Origin: Crocosphaera subtropica ATCC 51142
GTDB lineage: Bacteria > Cyanobacteriota > Cyanobacteriia > Cyanobacteriales > Microcystaceae
Length of the DNA stretch: 32,000 nt
Assembly (NCBI RefSeq): GCF_000017845.1
Contig: NC_010546.1
Location: forward strand, 1,140,001 to 1,172,000
Direction of reading: 5' to 3'
In this document: piece by piece, positions 11,874 to 22,571 of the stretch
Layout: every line of letters begins with the position of its first letter
Numbering within the stretch: position 1 is the stretch's first letter
The notes under the pieces: model-generated
Database searches by the model: none
What the model was told of the DNA's origin: nothing
The model's input: the letters and a program-made list of their open reading frames with translations, nothing else
Translations under genes and position numbers: made by a program

Positions 11874-13811
11874 TTAGTTTTCTTCAGTTTCTTGGTTTAA
11901 TTCGCTGTCATCTTTTTTAGGGGTTTCTTCAATTTCTTCCCCGTTTTCTTTGGCTTCATGTTCTTCTAATAGTTGAACAACCTTTTTGCGAATTTCTTGA
12001 TGTCTTTCTACCCCTTCGTAGGCGAAACGGTTAAAATTATTTCTGACAATTTCTGTCTCAATATATTTAACCCGATCGCTGGTGTCAGGGTGAGTGGATA
12101 ACCAAGCCGGGGGACGGTTTTGGTGTTCATCTTCCATTACTGCCATCAGGTTGCGAAGCCCATCAGCAGCATACCCCGTCGCAGCCAGTAATCTTGTACC
12201 AAACAAATCAGCTTGTTCTTCCATACCACGACTGTAGCTTAAAATGGCTAAGTTACTGGCGATCCCTCCTATATAGGGAATATAGTCCACTACACTGCTA
12301 GTTAAAGCCCCTTGGGTCATTTGCTGGAAGCCGTGAGACAGGACGGAATGGGCTAATTCGTGGGCGAGTAACCCTGCAATTTCTGCTTCTGAGGAGGTTT
12401 TGGCGATCGCCCCTGCATTGATAAAGATTTTACCTCCGGGTAAGGCAAAGGCATTAAGATTTTCATCCATTACCACGAAAAATTCGTATTCAAATTCATC
12501 TCTTCCGGCAACTTTGGCTAATTTATGGCCAATTTCATTGATATATCCTGTTACTTCGGGATCTTCAATGAGGGTGAGACGATTTTTAAAGCCCTCAGCA
12601 TAACTTTCCCCAATAGCTGACTCTCCTTGTAGTAAAAGATAGCTGGTTTGTATAGTAGAAAGGGGAGCAAAAACATTGCCCATTAAGGCAGCCCCAACAC
12701 CACTCATAATGGCATTTCCTACTAAATTCCACGTCATTTGTTCTTGGAGATCCCCTTGATAACGGTCTAAATTTTTATCCGCTAATTCTTTAAATTCATC
12801 CCGTAGAAAATGCTCTTGATTAAACACAGCAAATTGACGGGCAGTTAAGGAAGCAGCTAACCAATTTTCTGCTTGTTCATCTGCTTCGATTTTAGCTTTA
12901 ACTAATGGGGCTTCATTAGGATATAAACTCACTGCATTTTCTAACACTTTTAAAGCGTCTTCAGGACGCTCATCTTTTCTCAAAATTTCTGCATATTTAA
13001 TATGACCAGGGATAAATTCTGGATAGTCTTGAGATAATAATTGTAAGGGGGCAATTCGCTTACTTTTATAAACTTCACTTTCGGTCAAACTTTCTTGATA
13101 TAGTCGCCAGTAAACCGCACCTCCTGGTAATAAGTATTCTGGTTCGTAAACTGCTTGGGCTAAGATTTCTCGGTTTAACTCTTCTTCACTTCCGAAGGGT
13201 TCTTTGACTTCTCGATAGAATCTTTCCGCTAATAAAGTTTCACCGCATTTGTAGAAATGATCGGCTTTGGCAAGGGTAGGATAATGGATGATTTCTGCTT
13301 GAGAAATGTTTAAAATTTTATCTTCTTTTTCTTCTTTATTTTGTGTTGTTTCTTCCTCAATTTCTGATGGTTTTTCTAAGGATAAGGCTGCTGCATTATT
13401 TTCTGGTTTTTCTGTTTCATTGTCAGCAACTTGTACAGGAGTTATTAGGGGATGTTCAACTTGAGGAGGTGAAGCGGTACAACTATCAGTGGTTGCGGTT
13501 GTTGTCTCTTCTGTTTCTTCTGAGGTTGAGGTTTCTGTTGTCTTTGGGATGCTTGTTTCTACTGGTTTGGGTTGGGGTTTTTCGTCTGTTGTATTGGAGA
13601 CAGTTGACTCAGAGACGGTGTTATTACTTTCTTCAGGGTTTTTATTAGATAAATCAGTAATTTCAAAAGATTTATCAGCTTTAGGCGTAGTTTCTAGGCT
13701 ACTATTTTCTTTAAGAAAGGATGTTTGATTTTGCTCTATTTCTTGGGATAATGCAAAGTTAGGACAAAGAATACCAACTAAAATGATGGATAAATACCAG
13801 TTAAGTTTCAT
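11874..13811 (-). CDS. Secreted M48-family Zn metallopeptidase with an acidic low-complexity region and TPR-like helical region
   Basis: Signal peptide MKLNWYLSIILVGILCPNFALSQ and an HELAHSVLSH (HExxH) motif in the C-terminal half. Confidence 0.85.
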   Translation of the reverse strand: MKLNWYLSIILVGILCPNFALSQEIEQNQTSFLKENSSLETTPKADKSFEITDLSNKNPEESNNTVSESTVSNTTDEKPQPKPVETSIPKTTETSTSEETEETTTATTDSCTASPPQVEHPLITPVQVADNETEKPENNAAALSLEKPSEIEEETTQNKEEKEDKILNISQAEIIHYPTLAKADHFYKCGETLLAERFYREVKEPFGSEEELNREILAQAVYEPEYLLPGGAVYWRLYQESLTESEVYKSKRIAPLQLLSQDYPEFIPGHIKYAEILRKDERPEDALKVLENAVSLYPNEAPLVKAKIEADEQAENWLAASLTARQFAVFNQEHFLRDEFKELADKNLDRYQGDLQEQMTWNLVGNAIMSGVGAALMGNVFAPLSTIQTSYLLLQGESAIGESYAEGFKNRLTLIEDPEVTGYINEIGHKLAKVAGRDEFEYEFFVVMDENLNAFALPGGKIFINAGAIAKTSSEAEIAGLLAHELAHSVLSHGFQQMTQGALTSSVVDYIPYIGGIASNLAILSYSRGMEEQADLFGTRLLAATGYAADGLRNLMAVMEDEHQNRPPAWLSTHPDTSDRVKYIETEIVRNNFNRFAYEGVERHQEIRKKVVQLLEEHEAKENGEEIEETPKKDDSELNQETEEN

Positions 13812-14145
13812 AGCTACCTAATTTTTAATAGATTGATTGACAACAGATATTGCTTCTATGTTATAAACTATTTCTTGGATGGTAACGACTTTTATGATAA
13901 TTTTAGGTTCTCAGAAGTCGATTTTATGGCAAATTCAAGAGATTCATGTCTGAATATTATACAAATCTTAATATTGTGAGAAAATTTCTCTTAGTAAAGG
14001 TTAAGCAATACTTTTCTATGGTATCAATTGAATCAATTTAAGATTTTATTTATTGACATCCTGCGAATATTTCTTTAGCAACTATAATAGATGCAGACAA
14101 TGGTGATTAGTCATCAGTTAACGCTGTGTGGTGTGAGTAGGTATT

Positions 14146-17100
14146 ATGACCAAAAACCGTTCTCCCAAGCAACGGGACAATAACTTACAATGTCTTCAAA
14201 ACCCTAAACCCCGAAGAAGACATGGTTCTATAATCGGTTGGAGTGTTAGTGTTGTTTTGTTAGGGTTAATAGGAGGAACCATTTCAGGGGGTTTCTTAGT
14301 GCAACGCAACTTAACTCCTGTGGTAGAGAAGCAGTTAAGCACTTTTCTCAATCGTCCCGTAGAATTAGGGGAATTAGAAGGATTTTCTTTTAATTATGTT
14401 CGTTTTGGACAAACGGACCTGTTAACTACACCAACAGATCCAGCTAATGTGTCTATGGCGGGGTTAAAAATTGCTTATAACCCTCTTAAATATATTATAG
14501 ATGGAACATTAGAAATCGAAGTAACGGCCATCGAACCCTCTGCTTATTTAGAACAAGGAAAAGAGGGTAATTGGTTACTGACTCAGTTTAATACATTAAA
14601 TCCTAATAGTCCTATTCGCTTCAAACAGTTAGGGATAGAACAAGGGAAAGCTATTATTATATCTCGTTCTAAGGATGGTATAAAAGATCCCTCTATCAAC
14701 TTAGAAAATATATCGGGAATTATTCAACCGATTAATAATAATAGTGAAATCAAGTTTCAAGTCAAGTCTCATATTGTTAATAGTGGAAATTTTCACATTT
14801 CTGGGATATTTAATGAAGAAAATAGGGCTACCAATTTATTAGTTAGAGGACATCAACTGAATGCTGAGATCATTAGTCAAGTTTTACCCCTTCCCATAGA
14901 GTTACAATCAGGAAAAATTGATGCTAATTTAGAAGTGGCACACGCTAACAACCAACTCAGTAATCTTCAAGGAGTTGCTAGGTTAAATCAAGTTGATACC
15001 AGGGTTAAGGGTTTACCCCAATTATTAAAAACTCATGGACAATTACAATTTAAAGGAAAGAAAATCAATTTTGATGAAGTGATAACTCAGTTCGGAGAAG
15101 TTACAGGAGTTGTTAAGGGAGATATTGATTTAGAAAAAGGGTTTAACTTAGGTGTCAAAACTCAAGTCACTTCAATTCAAGATATTTTCAAAACTATTAA
15201 ACAGCAACCCAAAAATTTATCGGTAATGGGAAAAGTTCAAGGGGATTTAAGGATTGTAGGACAGTTGAACAATCCTAATGTTTTAATTTCCTTGAATAAT
15301 AAAAATTCTATCAAAATTGATCGAGTTAATTTTAGTGATATTCAAGCAAGTTTATCTTTAAATAAGTCCCAACTAAAAATCAATAAATTTGAAGCAATTC
15401 CCACCGTAGGAGGAGAATTAATAGGCAACGGAGACATAAATATTAATCCATCTTCTCCCTTATATTCGATTAATATTGAAGGGAAAAATCTACCTACGGC
15501 TAGTTTAGCAAGTCTCTACGAAACCAGTCTTCCGAGTTATATCAAACAAGTTTCAACCCAAGTTAATCTATCAGGAAATCTTAGGAAACCTGAAACTTTT
15601 AAAGCTAGAGGAAAGGCTAATTTTCAAGCAGCAGGAGGTACAGTAAAAGCTGATCATGTTACTTACCTAAATGGAAATTGGCAAGGAAATCTTATTGCTT
15701 CTGGAATTAATATCAATAATTTTGATTTACCACTTAATCAAGGGGCGTTACAAGGAAATTTTCAAGTTTCTGGTAATATTAAACAACCGATTAAAAAGAG
15801 TCTCAAGGGGACAGGTGAACTCAAAATAAAAGTTGATGATGGATGGATTAACGTCGAAAATATTAAATTAAATCAAGGTCTATGGCAAGCAAATTTACAG
15901 GTAAATGATGCACAAATAAACAAAATATTACCGAACAAAGATTTAAAGGGTGATTTAGACGGAAGTTTTAAAATTGCAGGTGGTTTGAATCCTAATCTTA
16001 ATAACATTCAAGCCAACGGACAAGGGAGTTTAACTGTAGGTGGCGGTAAAATTATTGCAAGTCATCTATCTTTAGATCAAGGAAAATGGTCAAGCGATGT
16101 CACAACTCAGAATGTCAATATTAGTAGTTTAAGCAATAAACTTCCTAAACAATTATCGGGGAAATTAAACAGTAACTTAACCCTTGTGGGAAATGTTAAT
16201 CCAGACACTTTCTTAGAGAGTATTGAAGGAAAAGGAAACGCTAACTTAATGTTATCCCAAGGGGCGATCGCAGCGAAGGATCTTACCATTACCCAAGGGA
16301 ACTTTACCACCACCTTAACACCAACAGCCGTCCCCTTACAGGCGATCGCTTCTCCATTGACGGGAAATTTATCAGGAAACTTAGAAATTACTGGAAAATT
16401 AAATAAAATATCCCCAGAATATCTACAAGCTAAAGGAAACTTACAATTTAGTCAAGGATTACCCTATATCAATCGTTCTCTCAACACAGCTATTCAATGG
16501 GATGGACAACGCTTAACCCTAGATCAAGTCACTGCATCAGATTTAACAGCAACAGGGTGGTTAGATGTAGATTTAAGAAACAAGAAAAATAAATTAGAAG
16601 TAATTAAAGCATTTTCTTTGGATATTGACGGAAAAAACTTTGATTTAGCTGGTTTGCCCCTATCTTTGCCCATTCAAGACTTAGATTATATAGGAAAATT
16701 AGACTTTAAAGGGGCGATCTCAGGAACCCCTAAGACTCCTAATATAGAGGGAGAAATGGCATTAGTTAATTTAAAAGTAGGAGATATTAACTTTGAGCCT
16801 GTTATTAGCGGAAATATAGTCAAAAACCAAGAAAAAGGACTCAAATTAAACCTAAATGGTAGACAAGATCAACTCCATTTGCAACTTGATCCCCAACTCA
16901 ACCCCCTTACCGTAGTAGTTAAACAGGAAACTATAGATTTAGAAGCAAATAAAGAAAAAAATCAATGGGAAGTCGATATAAACGCCCTTTCATTACCGAT
17001 TATTCAAAAAATTGCTCAAAAACAGTACAAAGATAATGCTTTACTCTTCCAACCCATGACAGGGAAATTATCCGGTCAATTTAGCCTAGACTTAGACAGT

Positions 17101-19512
17101 GGGGCGATCGCCGGTCAAAACGTTGCTATTATTAACCCCATTGTAGGCACAATTCAAGCAAAACAGGTTGAAGGGAACTTTCACTACGCCAACAAAAGCT
17201 TAGCCATTGATGATGCCACAATTTTCACCCATAACGGTGAATATGACCTAAACGGACAATTTAGCCAAACTCCCCAAGGTCCAGAAATAGCGGCCAATGT
17301 GAACATTAATCAGGGTAAATTACAGGATATTCTAGAAACCTTACAAATCTTTGAACTAGAAGACCTAAAACGGGGATTAAAACCGCCAAAATATGCAAAA
17401 GCAGCCGACTTGTATGAAAATAACAACCATTCCCAGACTCCTCTCTTTAAAGTGGAAACCGCAAAACAGTCTCTCGGCGATCGCATGGAAACTTTAAATC
17501 AAATTACTGCATGGTTAGAAGAAAATCGAGAGGAAAAAGACGATAATAGGAATTTACCTGAGTTAGATCGGTTAAAAGGCGACTTTAATGGTCAAATTGC
17601 CTTAAATCTTACCCCAAAAAACGGATTAAAACTGAACTTTGATCTGATAGGAAAAAAATGGGAATGGGGACACTATCAACTCACCCAGTTTCAAGCCAAG
17701 GGTAACTGGAACAAAGGAACACTGACCTTAGAACCCTTTAACCTACAATTAGAAGACAGTATCATCCAATTTGCCGGTCACATAGGACAAACCACCCAAC
17801 AGGGACAGTTACAAGTCACTAATATCCCCTTAGCAACCCTCTCACAATGGGTTAACCTTCCCTCCGTCGTTACCCTTGGGGGACAGCTTAACGGACAAAT
17901 GAACCTAGGAGGAACCCGTCATAACCCTCAAGCATCAGGAAAATTAGCCATTAATCAACCTAGCATTAATCAAACCCTTCTAGATTCTACTCAAGGACAG
18001 TTTACCTATGAAGGGGGTCAATTTAACTTTGTTGCTAGTAGTATTCTTGATCGCCAAAGCGAACCCTTGACCATTGAAGGGACTTTTCCCTACGTTTTTC
18101 CCTTAACCCAAGTTCAACCGCAAAGCGATCGCTTATCCTTAAAATTCCAGGCCAAAAATGAAGGGTTAACCTTACTCAATATTCTCAGTCAAGGACAAGT
18201 TGCTTGGTTAGGAGGAACAGGAGAAGTCCAATTAAACTTATCCGGAAAAGTTGACCCAAAACGGGGGATTCCCTACGAACTACAAGCCAATGGTTTAGCC
18301 CAGGTTAAAAATGGCACCATTGCCACCAAAATGATGCCTGAGAACCCGTTTCAACAAGTTCAGGGCAAAATTTTCTTTGACTTAGATACTATTGCCTTTG
18401 ATGGTTTTACGGGGCAATTTAGTGGGGGTCAAGTTGCTGTTACAGGGTCTTTACCCCTATTAAAAATGACAGAAAATGACCCCTCTTTAACCATTCAATT
18501 GAATAATTTAGCCCTTAACCTTCCGCAAATTTATCAAGGCGGGGTTCAGGGAAATTTAAACATTGCAGGAAGTGTGTTAAGTCCTGAAATTGGGGGAGAA
18601 GTTAATCTATTTAACGGTCAAATTCTTTTAGGCGAAAAAGGAAAGAAACCGAAACAAAATAATCCTTTATTAGCTAGTACAAAATTAAACAATTTACAAT
18701 TAAATTTAGAGGAAAAAATTACCATCAATCGACTTCCTATTTTAACCTTTTCAACCACAGGAAATTTAGCCTTAAATGGAACCTTAACAAAACCAGAACC
18801 CGAAGGAATCATTACCTTAGAAAATGGCTTAGTCAACCTCTTTGCCAGTCAATTAAGATTAGCCGGGGGAAAAAATAATACAGCCCAATTTATTCCCGAA
18901 AAAGGGTTTGATCCTTATTTGAATATTCAACTCTTTGCTTCTGCTACCGAAACCACACAAAATACTATCAATATCAATCCCAATTCTCCAGAAGTTCCCG
19001 AAACCTTTAGTGCTAATAAAAATAGTTTAGAAACAGTCAGAATTAGAGCAAACGTTGAAGGATTTGCCAGTAACATTACTAAAAGTATTGACTTAAGTAG
19101 TCAACCAAAACGAAGCCAACAGCAAATTATTACCCTATTAGGAGGAACCTTTCTAAATACATTAGGTACAGGAGAAACGACCCTAGGATTAGCCAATTTA
19201 GCCGGAACCGCCGTGTTAGGGCCCGTTCAAGGGGCGATCGGAGAAGCCTTAGGACTCAGTGAATTTCGCATTTTTCCGACTCCTTTAATTAACCAAGATG
19301 ATGCCCTGGATACTTCTAATATTGGGGTGGCAGCCGAAGCCGGACTGGATTTAACCGAAGATTTTTCCCTATCCATTCAAACCATTGTTAACAGCGATCG
19401 CCCTCCCAGATTAGGGCTGCAATACCGTATTAATGATAGTACAACTCTACGAGGATCAAGCAACTTTTCTGACGATAATCGAGGTAGTATTCAGTTTGAA
19501 CAACGATTTTAA
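14146..19512 (+). CDS. tamB: TamB-like translocation and assembly module protein (DUF490 C-terminus; cyanobacterial counterpart of plastid Tic236)
   Basis: 1788 aa with an N-terminal TM anchor (IIGWSVSVVLLGLIGGTISGGFLV), a long beta-rich repetitive body, and a C-terminal ...LGLQYRINDSTTLRGSSNFSDDNRGSIQFEQRF. Confidence 0.8.
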   Translation: MTKNRSPKQRDNNLQCLQNPKPRRRHGSIIGWSVSVVLLGLIGGTISGGFLVQRNLTPVVEKQLSTFLNRPVELGELEGFSFNYVRFGQTDLLTTPTDPANVSMAGLKIAYNPLKYIIDGTLEIEVTAIEPSAYLEQGKEGNWLLTQFNTLNPNSPIRFKQLGIEQGKAIIISRSKDGIKDPSINLENISGIIQPINNNSEIKFQVKSHIVNSGNFHISGIFNEENRATNLLVRGHQLNAEIISQVLPLPIELQSGKIDANLEVAHANNQLSNLQGVARLNQVDTRVKGLPQLLKTHGQLQFKGKKINFDEVITQFGEVTGVVKGDIDLEKGFNLGVKTQVTSIQDIFKTIKQQPKNLSVMGKVQGDLRIVGQLNNPNVLISLNNKNSIKIDRVNFSDIQASLSLNKSQLKINKFEAIPTVGGELIGNGDININPSSPLYSINIEGKNLPTASLASLYETSLPSYIKQVSTQVNLSGNLRKPETFKARGKANFQAAGGTVKADHVTYLNGNWQGNLIASGININNFDLPLNQGALQGNFQVSGNIKQPIKKSLKGTGELKIKVDDGWINVENIKLNQGLWQANLQVNDAQINKILPNKDLKGDLDGSFKIAGGLNPNLNNIQANGQGSLTVGGGKIIASHLSLDQGKWSSDVTTQNVNISSLSNKLPKQLSGKLNSNLTLVGNVNPDTFLESIEGKGNANLMLSQGAIAAKDLTITQGNFTTTLTPTAVPLQAIASPLTGNLSGNLEITGKLNKISPEYLQAKGNLQFSQGLPYINRSLNTAIQWDGQRLTLDQVTASDLTATGWLDVDLRNKKNKLEVIKAFSLDIDGKNFDLAGLPLSLPIQDLDYIGKLDFKGAISGTPKTPNIEGEMALVNLKVGDINFEPVISGNIVKNQEKGLKLNLNGRQDQLHLQLDPQLNPLTVVVKQETIDLEANKEKNQWEVDINALSLPIIQKIAQKQYKDNALLFQPMTGKLSGQFSLDLDSGAIAGQNVAIINPIVGTIQAKQVEGNFHYANKSLAIDDATIFTHNGEYDLNGQFSQTPQGPEIAANVNINQGKLQDILETLQIFELEDLKRGLKPPKYAKAADLYENNNHSQTPLFKVETAKQSLGDRMETLNQITAWLEENREEKDDNRNLPELDRLKGDFNGQIALNLTPKNGLKLNFDLIGKKWEWGHYQLTQFQAKGNWNKGTLTLEPFNLQLEDSIIQFAGHIGQTTQQGQLQVTNIPLATLSQWVNLPSVVTLGGQLNGQMNLGGTRHNPQASGKLAINQPSINQTLLDSTQGQFTYEGGQFNFVASSILDRQSEPLTIEGTFPYVFPLTQVQPQSDRLSLKFQAKNEGLTLLNILSQGQVAWLGGTGEVQLNLSGKVDPKRGIPYELQANGLAQVKNGTIATKMMPENPFQQVQGKIFFDLDTIAFDGFTGQFSGGQVAVTGSLPLLKMTENDPSLTIQLNNLALNLPQIYQGGVQGNLNIAGSVLSPEIGGEVNLFNGQILLGEKGKKPKQNNPLLASTKLNNLQLNLEEKITINRLPILTFSTTGNLALNGTLTKPEPEGIITLENGLVNLFASQLRLAGGKNNTAQFIPEKGFDPYLNIQLFASATETTQNTININPNSPEVPETFSANKNSLETVRIRANVEGFASNITKSIDLSSQPKRSQQQIITLLGGTFLNTLGTGETTLGLANLAGTAVLGPVQGAIGEALGLSEFRIFPTPLINQDDALDTSNIGVAAEAGLDLTEDFSLSIQTIVNSDRPPRLGLQYRINDSTTLRGSSNFSDDNRGSIQFEQRF

Positions 19513-20538
19513 TTGGTAATTTCTTTTATGCTATCTTGGTTTAATCAAATTTCAGGCCGTTTCTACTTATTAGTGGGAGTAATGATCTTTGCAGTTGCTA
19601 ATTCTGTAACCCGCAAACTAACAGAAATAGGGGCGCAAAATCTCATCGATGGTCGAAATCCTATTTCTTTTTGTAACGTCTTATTTGTCGGTAATTTATG
19701 TGCTTTGGTCGCTTTATTAGGTGTCTATTATCCTCAACTGAAAAAAATAGTCTTGAGCAATCTATCATCACGAAATTGGTTGTATTTGCTGTTAGTCGCT
19801 TTATTATCTGGGGCTTTAGCACCAGCCTTATTTTTTACCTCCCTTGAGCGAACACCTGTGAATAACGTTATTTTAGTCAGTCGCATCGAACCCCCTCTAA
19901 TCTTGGGTTTATCGGTTATATTATTAGGGGCAAGGGTCAATGGTTGGGTTGTCAGTGGTGCAATCGTATCAACGTTAGGGGTTATTCTTACTGTGATTTT
20001 ACAACCCCCTCAAAGCGAAATAGTCCAAATGTCGGGTTTTCAGTTGGGAGTTGGAGAATTAATGGCAACAGGAGGGGCAATGTGTTCGGCCATTGCTAAC
20101 ATTATTAGTAAAATAAGCTTACAAAATATCCCTTTGGGCTTCTTTAATGTGGTCAAAACTGCCCTTGGTACGGTGATTTTTTTTATCATAGCCTTACTTC
20201 TTTATGGGAAAGAGCATTTTATGGACGTATCTTCCCCTCTACTTTGGAAATGGATGATAGTCTATGGAACTGTTATTGTAGTGGTCGGCCAATTGTGTTG
20301 GTTTGCCGGTTTAAAACGAACCAGTGCTTCTGAGGTGTCCTTAGCTAACTCTTTTAATCCTATTACTGGGGTGTTAGCTGCTTTTCTGATTTTAGGAGAA
20401 ATACCGACGACAGCCCAGTATATCGGGGGTTTAGTGATTGTACTCGGAATCATTTTTAATCAAATCGGAATTATTCAACAAAATAAGCCCTCTGAGGATA
20501 ATAATATTTCTTCATCTGTTGGCTTTAAAGGAGTCTGA
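19513..20538 (+). CDS. EamA/DMT-family transporter (10 TM); the true start is more likely ATG at 19528
   Basis: Polytopic hydrophobic protein with two EamA-like halves. The 19513 start is a TTG abutting the tamB stop. Confidence 0.75.
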   Translation: MVISFMLSWFNQISGRFYLLVGVMIFAVANSVTRKLTEIGAQNLIDGRNPISFCNVLFVGNLCALVALLGVYYPQLKKIVLSNLSSRNWLYLLLVALLSGALAPALFFTSLERTPVNNVILVSRIEPPLILGLSVILLGARVNGWVVSGAIVSTLGVILTVILQPPQSEIVQMSGFQLGVGELMATGGAMCSAIANIISKISLQNIPLGFFNVVKTALGTVIFFIIALLLYGKEHFMDVSSPLLWKWMIVYGTVIVVVGQLCWFAGLKRTSASEVSLANSFNPITGVLAAFLILGEIPTTAQYIGGLVIVLGIIFNQIGIIQQNKPSEDNNISSSVGFKGV

Positions 20539-20636
20539 ACAGCATTAAGAATGTAGAAGTCAAATTAAGGCTAAATTGTTAATTCCCTAACCACTTTAAA
20601 ATAGGAATATTACTGTTGAATGTTGCATCCTGATTT

Positions 20637-21494
20637 ATGAAAAGCTCTAAAACTAAGAACCGTCGCTGGATTTATGTCACTTTAGTATTGATGCTCTTAG
20701 CCCTAATTTCCTTTTCAGTTTTACCCGTTGTCAGTAGTATGGTTCAAGCCAAACAAGCTGATCAATCTGGGTTAGTGACCACTGAAAGCAAAAGATTAGA
20801 AAATGAAGCCTTAGGATATCAACTGGTCTTAGAACGGGAACCCGATAACGAAAATGCTCTTTTAGGACTTTTAGAAACTAGACTGAGACAAGGAAACTTA
20901 GAAGCTGCGATCGCTCCACTGAAACGCTTAGCCCAACTTAATCCTCAAGAACCCGATTACGCCATTTTACTGGCCCAATCTCAACAACAACTGAACAACT
21001 ATCAAGAGGCTTTCAATACCTATCAAGAAGTTATAGCAGCCAATCCTGGGGATATGCGGGCTTTAAAAGGAATGGTGGATCTGTACCTCACACAAAACCG
21101 TTCTCAAGATGCCATTAATTTAGTACAGAGTACCTTAGATAAGGCGATTGCAGAACAGTCAAAAGAGTCAACGTCTGAAAATGTCTTTAACTTAACCTCT
21201 TTACAACTACTCTTAGGGGAAATTTATAGCCAACAGGAACGATATGATGATGCTTTAGTTATTTACGATCAGGCTATCAAAGAAGATAAGGATGATTTTC
21301 GTCCCCTTTTGGCGAAAGGAATGTTACTCAGGGAACAAGGTAAAGAAAACGAAGCCCAAACCTTATTTAAAGAGGCTATCTTAAAAGCCCCTGTTCAGTA
21401 TAAAGAACAACTCAAAGACATTTCTTTACAACGTCCTCAACCAGAGAACAAAGAACAAACTGGTGATCCTCAAAAAGCTGAAAAAACCGATTGA
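20637..21494 (+). CDS. TPR-repeat protein with an N-terminal signal/anchor
   Basis: N-terminal TM (WIYVTLVLMLLALISFSVLPVV), then repeated A..Y..(A/V)....P motifs. Confidence 0.75.
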   Translation: MKSSKTKNRRWIYVTLVLMLLALISFSVLPVVSSMVQAKQADQSGLVTTESKRLENEALGYQLVLEREPDNENALLGLLETRLRQGNLEAAIAPLKRLAQLNPQEPDYAILLAQSQQQLNNYQEAFNTYQEVIAANPGDMRALKGMVDLYLTQNRSQDAINLVQSTLDKAIAEQSKESTSENVFNLTSLQLLLGEIYSQQERYDDALVIYDQAIKEDKDDFRPLLAKGMLLREQGKENEAQTLFKEAILKAPVQYKEQLKDISLQRPQPENKEQTGDPQKAEKTD

Positions 21495-21610
21495 ACTGGG
21501 GTTTAATAATGTAAGCATTCAGCGTTCAGTGTTATAAGCCCTACTTTATAGTAGGGTAAGCAGGGGGAGCAGAGGAAGCAGGGAAAGCGTACCTTAAGAA
21601 ATTTTCTGTA

Positions 21611-21641
21611 CTCCGAACTCCGAACTCCGACCTCCGAACTC
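21611..21641. repeat. Heptanucleotide tandem repeat (CTCCGAA)x4.4, STRR-like
   Basis: Reads CTCCGAA CTCCGAA CTCCGAC CTCCGAA CTC. It is preceded by AGCAGG-rich and TTCAG(C/T)G repeats and by a CCCTACT-TTAT-AGTAGGG hairpin (21539-21556). Confidence 0.8.
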
Positions 21642-21737
21642 AGGTTTATCGAAGGTGCAAGATATGAGTTTAACTTCTTTTAACCTTACTGTTAAATAAT
21701 AGTCTCTGTTTAAGAGAAAGAGTAAGTTTAAAGATTA

Positions 21738-22418
21738 ATGACTCATATTTACGATTTATTTTTGAAAGGAGGTCCAGTGATGTGGCCTCTCTTAGCTTTA
21801 TCGGTTTTCACTATCACCATTGCCTTAGAAAGAACTTGGTTTTGGATAAGACTTTTAAGCCAAGAAAATCGTATTGTCCATGACGTTTTAGAAACAGCAC
21901 GTTACGATCTCTTAGAAGCTCAAAAAATCGCTCAACACGCCCGTTTTTTACCCATTGGACGCTTTTTATTAGCCCCCCTGCAACTAAAAAAACCAAGCCC
22001 TGAAACCTTCCGTTTGGCAATGGAAGCTAGGGGAGACAGAGAATTTATTCAAATGAGAAAAGGGGATAAATTTCTCGAAACGGTGATTGCCGTTGCCCCC
22101 TTATTAGGCTTATTAGGAACGGTAACGGGATTGATTACAACTTTTAATAATTTAAAAATAGGAGAAGGGGCAAATCTTGCAGAAACGTCTCAAGCTGCTG
22201 CTGGTATTTCTGAAGCTTTAATTACCACAGCAGCCGGGATGATTGTGGCGATTATTGCTTTATTAGTTTATCGTGTTTCTGTTACTTTACAAAGTGGACA
22301 AGTTGAGTATTTTGCTGAAGTTGGTACAGATTTAGAACTGATTTATCGACAGTTTTGGTATGAGCCTGAATTAGAAGAAAAACAAAAATTTTCGACTGCT
22401 TTACCTCCTACTATATAG
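21738..22418 (+). CDS. exbB: MotA/TolQ/ExbB-family proton channel
   Basis: Three TM segments and the signature region LETVIAVAPLLGLLGTVTGLI..F...........AAGISEALITTAAGMIVAI. Confidence 0.9.
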   Translation: MTHIYDLFLKGGPVMWPLLALSVFTITIALERTWFWIRLLSQENRIVHDVLETARYDLLEAQKIAQHARFLPIGRFLLAPLQLKKPSPETFRLAMEARGDREFIQMRKGDKFLETVIAVAPLLGLLGTVTGLITTFNNLKIGEGANLAETSQAAAGISEALITTAAGMIVAIIALLVYRVSVTLQSGQVEYFAEVGTDLELIYRQFWYEPELEEKQKFSTALPPTI

Positions 22419-22434
22419 ATGATTCTCACTAAAC

Positions 22435-22508
22435 GTAAGGTGGGCAATCCTCAGAGAAAGCTTACAAACCTAATCCAGAAACTATTTGAGACATTGCCTA
22501 CCCTACAA
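22435..22508. mobile_element. MITE-like long form of the GGTGGGCAAT palindromic element (inverted orientation, ~42-nt internal segment)
   Basis: GTAAGGTGGGCAAT...(42 nt)...ATTGCCTACCCTACAA. The two arms correspond to the two halves of the 26-nt elements at 1523 and 3924. Confidence 0.5.
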
Positions 22509-22571
22509 GTTTTATCCATTTAATTATGCCTACCTATTTAATACAGTTAATCTAGATAATTATTAATAAAA

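Noticed and set aside
11874-13811. Acidic, T/E/S-rich low-complexity N-terminal third of the M48 peptidase as a separate feature or repeat protein
   Set aside because: It is continuous with the signal peptide and the HExxH domain in one frame. This is compositional bias of a linker, not an independent element.
14053-14088. TTGACA ... TATAAT pair upstream of the tamB-like gene as a promoter
   Set aside because: The hexamers are perfect, but the spacer is 24 nt, far from the 16-18 nt optimum. This is probably a coincidence in AT-rich DNA.
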